Shown in pieces: positions 36,822-46,272 of a stretch of 50,505 nt of DNA. The stretch is from contig JBAYIQ010000006.1 in NCBI GenBank assembly GCA_041665545.1, positions 1 through 50,505 of the forward strand, in the 5' to 3' direction. Source of the DNA: Patescibacteria group bacterium. GTDB lineage: Bacteria > Patescibacteriota > Patescibacteriia > UBA1558 > GWA2-36-10. Below the pieces are notes generated by a model, which worked only from the letters and a program-made list of their open reading frames with translations, did no database searches and was not told where the DNA came from. The position numbers were made by a program, and so were the translations under genes. Within the stretch, counting starts at the first letter, position 1. Every line of letters starts with the position of its first letter.

Positions 36822-37226
36822 CTATTGTTTGTTTTTTGGCTCTGGTTGTTCAGAATAGGTTGTATAGTCAACAGTCAATTCCTCACCTTTTTTAATATTT
36901 CTTAAAGCAAAAAAATTGTATTTTTTATCTAAACTAACGCTGGGTTTTTTGGAGTGGTTTAGATACCAGCCTGGTGCTAGTTGGTTAAAATTGGCTGGGC
37001 AGGCAAGCCGTCCATTTTTTAATAAGCAAAAATCGTCGTATAATTTTTTTATTTCCGGGCTTAATTTTTTGATCATTGATTCTTTGAGCCAGACAATTTT
37101 AACTTTTTCTCCCAAAAACATCCTAGTACCCTTTTTAATAGGACGAATAGCAAAAACGCCGACACCGTGAGTCTTGGATGATTTTAGTCTGGTATAAACC
37201 TGATGGTGTGGTAGTTGATTTTTCAT
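36822..37226 (-). CDS. SET-domain protein (second copy)
   Basis: Motifs HGVGVFAIRPIKKGTRMF, YLNHS..P and IKKGEELTVDY. Confidence 0.75.
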   Translation of the reverse strand: MKNQLPHHQVYTRLKSSKTHGVGVFAIRPIKKGTRMFLGEKVKIVWLKESMIKKLSPEIKKLYDDFCLLKNGRLACPANFNQLAPGWYLNHSKKPSVSLDKKYNFFALRNIKKGEELTVDYTTYSEQPEPKNKQ

Positions 37227-37358
37227 AGAATAAATTATTATTGACGCAGTAAGTTTAGCTAATTTAGGAGTGTTTGTAAATTATCTAAGCGGCCAGACCT
37301 TAATTGTGTTTTATTAGGGGCTTATGATAGAATAATATATATAAATTAACCTAATTTT

Positions 37359-38726
37359 ATGGATGCTAGTATTTTTAAGTCCTACGATGTCAGGGGTCTG
37401 TATCCCAAGCAAATAGATGCTGAAATTGCCAAGCAAATAGCCATGGCTTATTTGAGTGTGGTCAGCCGTAAATTGCACAAGCCAGTTAAAAACCTAAAGA
37501 TTGTGGTGGCTAAAGATGTGCGTGAGGCCTCAGAGCCCCTGATGAAGGCCGCTGTTGAAGTTTTCTTGAAATATGGCACTGAAGTTCACGACCTAGAACT
37601 GGTGTCTATTAACGATTTTTATTTTGCGGCTGGTTATTTCAAATATGATTGCGGATTTATGGCTACGGCTTCTCATAATCCCCCTGGCTATGGCGGCTTT
37701 AAGATGGTTACCAATAATACCGAATACACCGATAGTATTAAGTTTATTAGTGGGGAACAAGTTCACAAAGAGTTATCCGCTTTAAGTGGTTTTCACCCCG
37801 AAGAGAAAAAAGGAAAATATAAAAAAAAGGATGTAAGCAAAGAACACCTTAAACACATCTTGTCTTTTGTCGATGTTAAGAAAATAAAAAAATTAAAAGT
37901 GTTAGCTGATACTGGTAACGGCATGGTTGGTTTGATTTTGCCTAAGCTGTTTGCCAAGTTGCCAGTAGAATTGATAAGTATTTTCTCTGAGTTAGACCCA
38001 AAGTTTCCTAATAGGCCACCAAACCCACTAGCCAAAGACGCTTTTTTGTCGGCCAGCAGAGAAATTTTGAAACAGAAAGCTGACCTAGGAGTGATGTTTG
38101 ACGTGGATGGTGATCGCATGTTTTTGTTGGATGAGAAAGGTCAGTTCATCAGAGGTGATATGACTATATTGCTTTTGGCCAAGATGTTGTTGAAGAAAAA
38201 TCCGGGCGAAGGCATAGTTTATAATTTGATTTGTTCGCACGCCGTACCGGAGTTGATTGCTAAGTGGGGCGGTAGACCAATCCGTAGTGAAGTTGGCTAT
38301 ATCAATTTGGTCAGGCACATGCACACCGAGCATGGCTCAATAAGCTGTGAGGTTTCTGGACATTTTGCCTTTAAAGAAAATTATTATGCTGACTCTGGCC
38401 TGATTGCTTTGGTTTTGGCTTTACAAGCTATTTCTGAAGATGGTCGTCCTTTATCAGAAATTATTAAAGATTTTACTTTGTATTATCGCGGTGACGAATT
38501 TAATATTGAAGTGGAAAATATTCCAGCCAAATTGGAAAAAATACGCTATCATTATCGCGATAACATCAAAGATGAGATTGACGGCATTACAGTGGAGTTT
38601 GGGGACTGGTGGTTCAATGTCCGCCCTTCCAATACTGAGCCATTATTGAGAATTACAGTTGAAGCCAAAGACAAGCAGTCAGCCGAGCAACATCAGCAAG
38701 AAATTTTACAAGTAATTAATAACTAA
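37359..38726 (+). CDS. phosphoglucomutase / phosphomannomutase family protein
   Basis: Active-site loop TASHNPPGYGGFK, metal loop DVDGDR, and the C-terminal RPSNTEP. Confidence 0.9.
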   Translation: MDASIFKSYDVRGLYPKQIDAEIAKQIAMAYLSVVSRKLHKPVKNLKIVVAKDVREASEPLMKAAVEVFLKYGTEVHDLELVSINDFYFAAGYFKYDCGFMATASHNPPGYGGFKMVTNNTEYTDSIKFISGEQVHKELSALSGFHPEEKKGKYKKKDVSKEHLKHILSFVDVKKIKKLKVLADTGNGMVGLILPKLFAKLPVELISIFSELDPKFPNRPPNPLAKDAFLSASREILKQKADLGVMFDVDGDRMFLLDEKGQFIRGDMTILLLAKMLLKKNPGEGIVYNLICSHAVPELIAKWGGRPIRSEVGYINLVRHMHTEHGSISCEVSGHFAFKENYYADSGLIALVLALQAISEDGRPLSEIIKDFTLYYRGDEFNIEVENIPAKLEKIRYHYRDNIKDEIDGITVEFGDWWFNVRPSNTEPLLRITVEAKDKQSAEQHQQEILQVINN

Positions 38727-39532
38727 TGATTGGAATATTTGATTCAGGTCTAGGCGGTTTGACAATTTTTAAGTCTATTGAAAAAAAGTTGCCGCAATTT
38801 GACTATATTTATTTAGGTGACAATGCCCGCGCTCCTTATGGCAATCGTAGTCAAGAAGTGATTTATGAGTATACTAGGCAGGCGGTTGATTATTTGTTTG
38901 AAGCCGGTTGTGATTTGGTTATTTTGGCTTGTAATACTGCATCATCTGATGCTTTGCACAAACTACAACAGAGTTATTTGCCGAAAAAATATCCAGGGAA
39001 AAATATTTTGGGGGTCATAAGACCATTAGCTGAGGTAGCAAGTAAGCTGACAAAAAATAAAGTAATAGCCGTGATGGGTACGCGTGGTACGGTAGAATCA
39101 AATTCATATATTCGTGAACTCAAAACTCAAAGTTTGAAAATAAAAGTAATACAGCAGGCCTGTCCATTGCTCGTTCCTTTAATTGAGGAAAATTGGGAAA
39201 AAACACCAGAGACTAAAATGATTTTAAAAAAATATATCCGACCGCTCAAGAGCCATTTTCCAGATACCGTCATATTGGGTTGTACACACTATGGCTGGCT
39301 ACAAAAAGATATGCAAAAATATTTTGGTAAAAATATAAAAGTCTTGGATAGCGGTAAAATAGTGGCTGATAAGTTGAGTGAGTACCTAAACAAGCATCCG
39401 GAGTATGCTCATGCTTCAAAAAGCCAAGCTAAGAGAATATTTTTGACTACCGATGATCAAAAAAGATTTGCCATAGCCGCACAGAAATATTTGGGTAGAA
39501 AAATTAAAGCAGAAAAAATTAGTTTGCAATAA
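38726..39532 (+). CDS. murI: glutamate racemase
   Basis: Motifs IGIFDSGLGGLT, LACNTAS and LGCTHY. Confidence 0.93.
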   Translation: MIGIFDSGLGGLTIFKSIEKKLPQFDYIYLGDNARAPYGNRSQEVIYEYTRQAVDYLFEAGCDLVILACNTASSDALHKLQQSYLPKKYPGKNILGVIRPLAEVASKLTKNKVIAVMGTRGTVESNSYIRELKTQSLKIKVIQQACPLLVPLIEENWEKTPETKMILKKYIRPLKSHFPDTVILGCTHYGWLQKDMQKYFGKNIKVLDSGKIVADKLSEYLNKHPEYAHASKSQAKRIFLTTDDQKRFAIAAQKYLGRKIKAEKISLQ

Positions 39533-39545
39533 AATTGAGTGAATA

Positions 39546-39644
39546 AAAAAATACTCCAACCCTGCTGTCATCCCGCACTTGTTGCGGGATCTCGCTAGAT
39601 TCCTGCCTTCGCAGGAATGACGCTATAAAGTCGGAGTATTTTTT
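39546..39644. repeat. GTCA...TGAC nested-palindrome element, copy R7, inside a terminator-like outer stem
   Basis: Core 39567-39621: GTCA-TCCCGCActtgtTGCGGGA-TCTCGCTAGA-TTCCTGCcttcGCAGGAA-TGAC. Outer stem AAAAAATACTCC (39546-39557) / GGAGTATTTTTT (39633-39644). Confidence 0.85.
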
Positions 39645-39658
39645 ATTAGGCTATATTA

Positions 39659-40507
39659 TTATTTTTTGGCACTTACAACCTTGACAGAGGAGTCTTTGAT
39701 ATCGTTTATCAAATCGCCAATATTGAGGATTGGTTTACCAAAATATTTACTGCGCAAGGTTTCTAAGTTGAGTATGTGCACTTTTTTACCATCTTTGATG
39801 ACATATATTTCTGGGCCACAACCACGGACCAAAGTACCTTCTTTGAATTGAGTCAAAGTAGTGTTGGCTTTGTTTTTGCACTCTACTACTTTTTCACCCA
39901 AGACTTGTGGGGCGGGTACTAAGACCGGATTAGGAACATAGTTTAACAAGTTGTTGCCACTGTGACTGCCACCGCCATTGTTAATCTCTGGAGCTGGAGG
40001 CACGACTGGTTCAGCGATTGGAGGAGTAGTGGTAGCACATATTTGGGTTGCTAAAACCACGTCAGTCAGGTTGACTACTCCATCACCACTAACGTCAGCT
40101 GAGGGCTGAAGTTGGGCGGCAAGGGCTACGTCTCCAACATTAATTACGTGGTCATTATTCAAATCAAAATTTGGATCATAGGTGCCAGCCAAAATATTGG
40201 TCTTGACTCCTTGAGCAATACCGATGTTTCCCATTAACTTGGCACAGTTGACAACATCAGTTAGATCCTTTTGGTCATCATTATTAGTGGTGCTTCCGCC
40301 ACTACTTGGCGGGGTGACAGTCAACTCTGGTTCAGCTGGTTGTGGTGTTGAATCAGATACTCCCTTGATTGGTCTAGCCAAAGCTTGGTCGGATCCTTCT
40401 AATCCATCTAGTTCATTGGCCAAAACGTCGTTGATTAGGCCTAAATTTAGAGCCATGATAGCAATAGCCATAAATAGAGCCAATCCTTTGTTAAGATTTT
40501 TTAGCAT
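39659..40507 (-). CDS. secreted protein with two dockerin-type (EF-hand-like) repeats
   Basis: Signal peptide. DLNNDHVINVGDVALAAQ and DVSGDGVVNLTDVVLATQ repeats. Pro-rich linkers. Confidence 0.65.
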   Translation of the reverse strand: MLKNLNKGLALFMAIAIMALNLGLINDVLANELDGLEGSDQALARPIKGVSDSTPQPAEPELTVTPPSSGGSTTNNDDQKDLTDVVNCAKLMGNIGIAQGVKTNILAGTYDPNFDLNNDHVINVGDVALAAQLQPSADVSGDGVVNLTDVVLATQICATTTPPIAEPVVPPAPEINNGGGSHSGNNLLNYVPNPVLVPAPQVLGEKVVECKNKANTTLTQFKEGTLVRGCGPEIYVIKDGKKVHILNLETLRSKYFGKPILNIGDLINDIKDSSVKVVSAKK

Positions 40508-40609
40508 AGTTTTTTACTTAATTTAGTTAATTAATACCTGTTTTCCGTCAAAACCGTAGCAAAAAACTGTGGTTTTGTCAAGCCCTTGTTTGTCTAACTG
40601 TATAGGTAG

Positions 40610-41566
40610 TTATTTTAAGCCAATTAGGCCTTTTATTTTTTCTAAGTTTTTATCGGCCTCACTTTGAGCTTTTTTGGCTCCTTCAGCTAATATTTTTTCC
40701 ACTTCTTTGGGGTGGTCTTGGAAGTAGTTTCTTTTGGCTTGAATTGGTTTCAAGAAATCTAAGACAACTTTAGTTAACTCTTCTTTTAATTCTACATTCA
40801 TTAGTTTTCCTTTTTGGAAAGCAGTGTTTAAAGATTTTGTTTTTTCAGGAGAGCCAAAATAAGAATATAGTTCCAAAAGATTTTTTATGCCTTGTTCGTC
40901 AGTGACAGCCTTTTTTATTTTTTTACTTATCGTATCTGGGTCATCGTCAATGGCAATGTAGCTGGCTTCGCCCAAGGACTTACTCATTTTTTTAGTAGAA
41001 TTATTGAGCGACATCAGGCGACGAGCTGGGGACAAGACTGGTTTTATTTCTGGAAAAAAATCACCATAGCGATTATTAAATTTTCTGGCAATTATTCTAG
41101 TCAATTCTAAGTGCTGAACTTGATCTTCGCCAACTGGTACATACTCAGCTAGGTAAAGCAAAATATCAGCGGCCTGCAAACTAGGATAAGTGAGTAAGCC
41201 GGCATTGATATTGTCAGGATGATGCAAGCTTTTATCTTTGAATTGCGTCATGCGCTCTAGTTCGGAGACTGGCACTAGGCAATTAAAAATCCAAGCTAAC
41301 TCGGCATGGCCAATGACTTCAGATTGTTTAAACAAAATTGATTTTTTGGGGTTGATACCCAAGGCCAGTAGGTCCACTGCCAGATCAAGGGTTTGTTTTT
41401 GCAAATCTTCTTTAGAAATTTTGACAGTCAGCGAGTGTAGGTCAGCAATAAAAAAAGAACAGCTATATTGATTTTGGAGTTCCACCCAATTTTTGACTGC
41501 CCCTAGATAGTTGCCCAAATGCAAATGCCCAGTGGGCTTGATACCCGAGATAAGTTTTTTTAGCAT
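40610..41566 (-). CDS. trpS: tryptophan--tRNA ligase
   Basis: HIGH-type motif GIKPTGHLHLGNYLGA, plus KMSKS and VPVGEDQ.QH. Confidence 0.96.
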   Translation of the reverse strand: MLKKLISGIKPTGHLHLGNYLGAVKNWVELQNQYSCSFFIADLHSLTVKISKEDLQKQTLDLAVDLLALGINPKKSILFKQSEVIGHAELAWIFNCLVPVSELERMTQFKDKSLHHPDNINAGLLTYPSLQAADILLYLAEYVPVGEDQVQHLELTRIIARKFNNRYGDFFPEIKPVLSPARRLMSLNNSTKKMSKSLGEASYIAIDDDPDTISKKIKKAVTDEQGIKNLLELYSYFGSPEKTKSLNTAFQKGKLMNVELKEELTKVVLDFLKPIQAKRNYFQDHPKEVEKILAEGAKKAQSEADKNLEKIKGLIGLK

Positions 41567-41587
41567 AAGATTTATGTTTATAGAGAT

Positions 41588-41616
41588 ATTATATTATGAA
41601 TCAATGGCCTGGTCAA
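41588..41616 (-). promoter_or_regulatory. trpS promoter TTGACC-17-TATAAT
   Basis: GGTCAA at 41611-41616 and ATTATA at 41588-41593 on the plus strand. The -35 lies inside direct-repeat copy 1. Confidence 0.6.
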
Positions 41617-41619
41617 TTT
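41599..41619. repeat. 21-bp direct repeat, copy 1 (AATCAATGGCCTGGTCAATTT)
   Basis: Identical to 41974-41994. The two copies bracket cassette S. Confidence 0.9.
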
Positions 41620-41635
41620 AACATAAAGTGCAAAG

Positions 41636-41664
41636 AAAAAAGGAGCCCCCTCAACGGAAGCTCC
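41636..41664 (-). terminator. intrinsic terminator of cassette S
   Basis: GGAGC (41642-41646) / GCTCC (41660-41664), with a T-run on the minus strand (plus-strand A-run 41636-41641). Confidence 0.65.
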
Positions 41665-41689
41665 GGGACTCATTGCGCAAGCCCAATGA

Positions 41690-41896
41690 TTAACTGTCAT
41701 CCATGCGGGTTGGAGGCATCTCCCGTCTCTTGGTGACAAAATCACCCTCAACGACCAATTCTTCAGCCCAATAATAGACTCTAACAGTTTTCTTTAGAAA
41801 GGGATGACAGATAGTGACGCCCTTGGAATCATCAACAGTAACCGTCAGCTCGGGAGAATCGACGATTAGGGTCATACTTGTTAATCTCATTTTCAT
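41690..41896 (-). CDS. cassette S small ORF (68 aa; 66 aa if the second ATG at 41890 is used), no recognised family
   Basis: AAGGAG is 1 nt from the first ATG and 7 nt from the second, so the second is the likelier start. Beta-strand-like sequence MTLIVDSPELTVTVDDSKGVTI. Confidence 0.5.
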   Translation of the reverse strand: MKMRLTSMTLIVDSPELTVTVDDSKGVTICHPFLKKTVRVYYWAEELVVEGDFVTKRREMPPTRMDDS

Positions 41897-41946
41897 GCTC
41901 CTTGATTTTTTGAGGGTTTGAGGGAAGGAACAATACTATATGACAC

Positions 41947-41975
41947 AACTTATCATTCCCGTTATTTTATGTCAA
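41947..41975 (-). promoter_or_regulatory. TTGACA-17-TAAGTT promoter of cassette S
   Basis: TGTCAA at 41970-41975 and AACTTA at 41947-41952 on the plus strand. Confidence 0.5.
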
Positions 41976-41994
41976 TCAATGGCCTGGTCAATTT
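41974..41994. repeat. 21-bp direct repeat, copy 2
   Basis: Identical to 41599-41619. Carries a second TTGACC. Confidence 0.9.
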
Positions 41995-42017
41995 TATAGT
42001 AGTTTGAAATAACTAAT

Positions 42018-42057
42018 AAAAAAACCGCCCCTCGACTACGCTCGGGGCGGTTTTTTT
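42018..42057. terminator. bidirectional intrinsic terminator AAAAAAACCGCCCC-N12-GGGGCGGTTTTTTT
   Basis: Read directly. Lies downstream of the RNase J stop. Confidence 0.8.
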
Positions 42058-42070
42058 GTTGCTTATTTTT

Positions 42071-43957
42071 TTACACCTCTATTACTACCGGTAAGATCAT
42101 AGGTCTACGTTCAGTTTTTTGGAAAATGTATTGACCTAAGTCATTGCGTAAAGTTTCTTTGATGTAGGTTTCGTTTATTTGTGAATTAGTCTTGTTGTGT
42201 TCGTTGACAATATTTTTTACTTTGGTGCGAATGGTTTCTACCAATTCTTTTTGCTCGCGCATGTAAATAAAGCCACGAGAAATAATATCAGGTGAGTGTA
42301 CCATTTTTCCATTTTTACCAGAGATAGTGACAATGACCACAATCATGCCATCCTCAGCCATCATTTGTCGGTCGCGCAAAACAATGTTGGACACATCGCC
42401 AACTCCCAAGCCATCGACAAACACATAGTCAGTCAGGACCTTTTCTTTGGTAAGCTGTCCTTGGCGATTGAGGTCAAACTCAATCACCTGACCATTGTCA
42501 GCCACAAATATATTTTCGGGCTTGATGCCAGCGCGTAAAGCCACTTTAGCGTGGATGCGTAAAAAGGAGTGGTTGCCATAGATAGGAATGTGGTATTTTG
42601 GTTTGACCATGTTTATCAGGTCCAAGAGGTCCTCTTGTTTGGCGTGGCCACCAGCGTGTACGTCCATCATTTTGTAATGAATGACGTCAGCCCCTAGGCG
42701 ATAGAGCTGGTCTTTGAGTCGCTGGACCGATCTTTCATTGCCTGGAATTACGGATGAGGAAAATACTACCGTATCTCCTTTTTCAATTTTTAAGCTGCGG
42801 TGTTCTTTATTGGCAATACGCATCAAAACAGCATTGTCTTCGCCTTGGGCACCAGTGCAGAGGATAATAACTTTGTTATCGGCATAATGGCGCATTTCTT
42901 TGATGTCAATGATGGTGCCTTTTTTGACAGTCATGTAGCCAAGCTGTTGGGCTAGTTCAACATTGCGCTTCATACTGAAACCTTCGATTACTATTTTTTT
43001 ACCTAGCTTTTCGGCTGACCAGATGATCTGTTGGATACGTCCTAAGAGTGAAGAGAAAGTACCGACAATAACGCGAGCTGGTGCTTGACTCAAAATGTCG
43101 TCAATATTGTGCTGAATGTCAAATTCAGCTAATTGATGTCCGGGCTCGGTAGCATTGGTACTGTCAGCCATCAGGGCCAAAATATTTTGTTTGCCTAAGT
43201 TTTTTATTTTTTCCATCTCGGCTGGCGCATCGCCGGAAGTTTTTGGGTCAAGCTTGAAGTCACCAGTGTGCACTACTTTGCCAGCCGGTGAATCCAAGAT
43301 AACGCCCAAGGATCCAGGAATATTGTGGGAGACACCAAAAAAAGTGGCTCGGAATTTTCCCAGTTGTAAGACGCTATCTTTTTGGATTGATTTTAATCTT
43401 AAAGGGCTGGTTTTGAAATCCTCCTGTCTTTTGGAAATGATTCCCAAAGTCAAAGGCGTGCCATAAATAACGGGGTTGCCTAAAATAGGAGCCAAGTGAG
43501 GCACAGCGCCAATATGATCATAGTGTCCGTGGGTAATGATTACACCGCGGATATTTTTTTCTTTGCCTTTCAAGTAAGCAGTGTTGGGGATGATATAGTC
43601 AATACCCGGCATGTCTTCTTCGGGCCATTGTAAGCCCATATCAATAATGACAATGTCATTTTCATATTCAAAGACAGTCATGTTGCGACCGACTTCTTCA
43701 CAGCCACCCAAAGGTATGATGCGTAGCTTGCCCTTGCTTACTAACAAATTTTTTGTTCGGTGAGCATGAGCTTTGGGGTCAGTAATTTTTTTAGCTTGGG
43801 GAGTTAGGCCTTGGCTAAAGTTTTTTTGTCGCTTGTTTTTGTTCAAGCGGGGACCGTGCTTAGGAGCGCGGTGCGGATTTGTTTTGGATCGGGATCCATG
43901 TTTGATAGAAACATTTGGCGTTAGCCTTCTATCAGTCATATCAGAATTTACATTCAT
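42071..43957 (-). CDS. rnj: ribonuclease J (MBL / beta-CASP) with a ~70-aa basic N-terminal extension
   Basis: Motifs ITHGHYDHIG, GDFK.D and HASGHA-like HAGGHAKQED. Confidence 0.92.
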   Translation of the reverse strand: MNVNSDMTDRRLTPNVSIKHGSRSKTNPHRAPKHGPRLNKNKRQKNFSQGLTPQAKKITDPKAHAHRTKNLLVSKGKLRIIPLGGCEEVGRNMTVFEYENDIVIIDMGLQWPEEDMPGIDYIIPNTAYLKGKEKNIRGVIITHGHYDHIGAVPHLAPILGNPVIYGTPLTLGIISKRQEDFKTSPLRLKSIQKDSVLQLGKFRATFFGVSHNIPGSLGVILDSPAGKVVHTGDFKLDPKTSGDAPAEMEKIKNLGKQNILALMADSTNATEPGHQLAEFDIQHNIDDILSQAPARVIVGTFSSLLGRIQQIIWSAEKLGKKIVIEGFSMKRNVELAQQLGYMTVKKGTIIDIKEMRHYADNKVIILCTGAQGEDNAVLMRIANKEHRSLKIEKGDTVVFSSSVIPGNERSVQRLKDQLYRLGADVIHYKMMDVHAGGHAKQEDLLDLINMVKPKYHIPIYGNHSFLRIHAKVALRAGIKPENIFVADNGQVIEFDLNRQGQLTKEKVLTDYVFVDGLGVGDVSNIVLRDRQMMAEDGMIVVIVTISGKNGKMVHSPDIISRGFIYMREQKELVETIRTKVKNIVNEHNKTNSQINETYIKETLRNDLGQYIFQKTERRPMILPVVIEV

Positions 43958-43979
43958 AATTTAATTGTTAATTAGTTGT

Positions 43980-45809
43980 TTATTTTTTAAGAGAACGCTT
44001 GGTTTTGATGTACCAAGTGTTGATAGTACTCAAGCGGTCAGCTGGCAAGTTGATGAATTGGACTTGATCCAAGCCCTTTAACTTGTTGGCTACCGGGTAA
44101 GTATAAGTTGGGCTATATAAAAATACAGCAAAATTTAGTTCAGTTATTTTTTTCTGGAAGTTTTTTAATGGTTCAATTTTGGCTTCCAAGGTGCTAGCGT
44201 TTCTGGCCTGTTCCAAGTATTTATCAATATCCTTGTTGCCTAAGTTTGATAAATTGAGGCCAGGACTTTTGACCTGCGAAGAGTGCCAGAATAGATACGG
44301 TCCAGAATTAATATTTAATTGTTCGCTAAAAATCAAAGCTTGATAATTGCGTGGTTCAATGACTTCTTTGAGCATGCGTTCGCGAGGGATGATTTCCAGT
44401 TGGGTTTTGATACCAAGGGCTTCCCAATTTTCTTTGATGATTGAGGCGGCTTTGGTCATTTCTGGCTGGTCAATGGTGGTGATTTTTAACTCAGCTGTGG
44501 AAGTGCTTTTACCTTTGGTAATAATGCGCCATTCACTGCCTTCGACTTTTTTGTAGCCAAGTTTGTCTAATAATTCGGCAGCTTTGTTTTGATTGCCAAG
44601 TTCGGTTTTGATATTAGAGTCATAGCCCATATCGCCAGGCAAGACTGGGGAATAAATTATTTGGCCATTGTTTTCAGCGGCCTCTCTAATAATCCTTTCT
44701 TTATCGACACTAAGGTCAAGCGCTTGGCGAAAATTATTTTCAGCCAAAAGAGCATTATTGCCAGGGTTGAAAAACACAGCGGTGTAGCGGGGGTTGTGTA
44801 GCTCCTTGAGTGTCAGGTCATTATTTTTGACGCTATTTTTGTATTCGTTGGGCAAGTAAGCCAGGCCCTCAACATTTTTGTTTTGCAAAGCCTGTACGGC
44901 TGTCTGGAAGTCGGGATAAAATTTGAAAATCAAATCCTTAATATATGGCTGGCCAGCGTGATATTTATCAAAACTTACTAAGGCATAGGTTTTGATGTTG
45001 CCACTCTGATCCTTGGTTAGGGATTTGAACATATAGGGACCGCAACCAATTGGCTTGATATTTAGTTCGGTCAGGGGAGCGCCAATAGCTGGTATGCTGT
45101 ACCACAAATGTTCTGGCAAAATTCCGATGGTCAAGGAAGACAAAAACAATGGGTTTGGTTTTTCTAGATTGAATTGAATGGTATTTTCATTTAGGGCCTG
45201 GACATTGACTCCTGAAAAAGTAGAGCGGTAGGGACTTTTGTATTCAGCTTTTTTTATACTTTCAATAGTAAAGATTATATCCTCAGCCGTCACTGCTTCA
45301 CCATCGTGCCACTGCAAGCCAGAGCGTAATTCAAAAGTATATTGGTCTTGGTTGGCGTTGATAGTATAGCCGCTAGCCAAGTCTGGTTGCAGAGAGCCAT
45401 TGCCATCGGTTTTCATCAGGCCAGCATAAACCAATTTGCTTAGGTCGCGGTCAGAATCACTGGTGGCCAAAATTGGATTGACATAAAAAGGAGCGCCGAC
45501 CATGCCTTCAATATAGCTACCACCAAAAGCAGGGGCTTCTTGGGAGTGCTTGATATAGAATCGCCAAGTCAGAGCGCAAGCCGAGCCCAGTAAAATAATA
45601 ATAGCTAAAAATAATTGAGCTTTTTCCAAGCGGTTTAGAAATTTTGGCAATTGTCTGAACTGGTGCCAGCTAGGAATTTTCTTTTTATTTAAATTCAAAA
45701 TCAATTGTTGATCGTCATCAGGCTGTTCTTTGGGGAAAAAGAACCTCTTTATTTTTCTAATCAAATAGAAAGATGCTAACAAAAATTTTTGGGTTTTTTG
45801 TTTAGCCAA
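43980..45809 (-). CDS. ABC transporter substrate-binding protein, family 5 (OppA/DppA-like), N-terminally TM-anchored
   Basis: 609 aa. SBP_bac_5-like motifs (LVYAGLMK, WHDGEAVTAEDI). Apparent TTG start. Confidence 0.8.
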   Translation of the reverse strand: MAKQKTQKFLLASFYLIRKIKRFFFPKEQPDDDQQLILNLNKKKIPSWHQFRQLPKFLNRLEKAQLFLAIIILLGSACALTWRFYIKHSQEAPAFGGSYIEGMVGAPFYVNPILATSDSDRDLSKLVYAGLMKTDGNGSLQPDLASGYTINANQDQYTFELRSGLQWHDGEAVTAEDIIFTIESIKKAEYKSPYRSTFSGVNVQALNENTIQFNLEKPNPLFLSSLTIGILPEHLWYSIPAIGAPLTELNIKPIGCGPYMFKSLTKDQSGNIKTYALVSFDKYHAGQPYIKDLIFKFYPDFQTAVQALQNKNVEGLAYLPNEYKNSVKNNDLTLKELHNPRYTAVFFNPGNNALLAENNFRQALDLSVDKERIIREAAENNGQIIYSPVLPGDMGYDSNIKTELGNQNKAAELLDKLGYKKVEGSEWRIITKGKSTSTAELKITTIDQPEMTKAASIIKENWEALGIKTQLEIIPRERMLKEVIEPRNYQALIFSEQLNINSGPYLFWHSSQVKSPGLNLSNLGNKDIDKYLEQARNASTLEAKIEPLKNFQKKITELNFAVFLYSPTYTYPVANKLKGLDQVQFINLPADRLSTINTWYIKTKRSLKK

Positions 45810-45876
45810 AACTAAAGAGTTTTTTATTGACTGCCAAGAGGGCTTTATATTTTTAGCATTAAATATTAAAACCAGT

Positions 45877-46095
45877 TTAGCTGATAAACAAGCTAGCTAA
45901 GGCAGAGGCCAAAAACAAGAAGCTCAAAACAATAGTTAAGCGGAAAATGAATTTTTCAGCTCCTCGTTTGGTGCGATAGATGGCGCTGTCGCCACCAAAA
46001 GTGGCACCCAGGCCCGATCCTTTTTGTTGTAACAAAATCGTTACTATTAACAAAATAGAAATAACGATTTGCAAGATGTTCAAGATATTTTTCAT
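45877..46095 (-). CDS. secG: preprotein translocase subunit SecG
   Basis: Trimmed to the internal ATG. MKNILNILQIVISILLIVTILLQQKGSGLGATFGG...RG.E..IFRLT. TTGACA-17-TAATAT promoter at 46114-46142. Confidence 0.85.
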   Translation of the reverse strand: MKNILNILQIVISILLIVTILLQQKGSGLGATFGGDSAIYRTKRGAEKFIFRLTIVLSFLFLASALASLFIS

Positions 46096-46113
46096 GTGGA
46101 GAATTAAATTAGC

Positions 46114-46142
46114 TTTTTGAATATTAGCATAAAGAAAGTTTA
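46114..46142 (-). promoter_or_regulatory. secG promoter TTGACA-17-TAATAT
   Basis: TGTCAA at 46137-46142 and ATATTA at 46114-46119 on the plus strand. Confidence 0.6.
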
Positions 46143-46272
46143 TTGTCAATGTCGGGGCATATTTTGATGCTAAATATTGACTTGGGATTATAGCTTGTAG
46201 TAGTATAGGGCGGTAAGTGTATAATGATGTTTTTAGGGGTGTTGGTGGGTGTTTCAGACCTGGAGGTGAAAC

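Larger units (their letters stand above)
41620..41973 (-). mobile_element. GC-rich mini-cassette S, bracketed by a perfect 21-bp direct repeat (candidate insertion)
   Basis: Contains a promoter (41947-41975), SD AAGGAG, a 66-68-aa ORF and a terminator (41636-41664). Flanked by 41599-41619 and 41974-41994. Confidence 0.5.
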
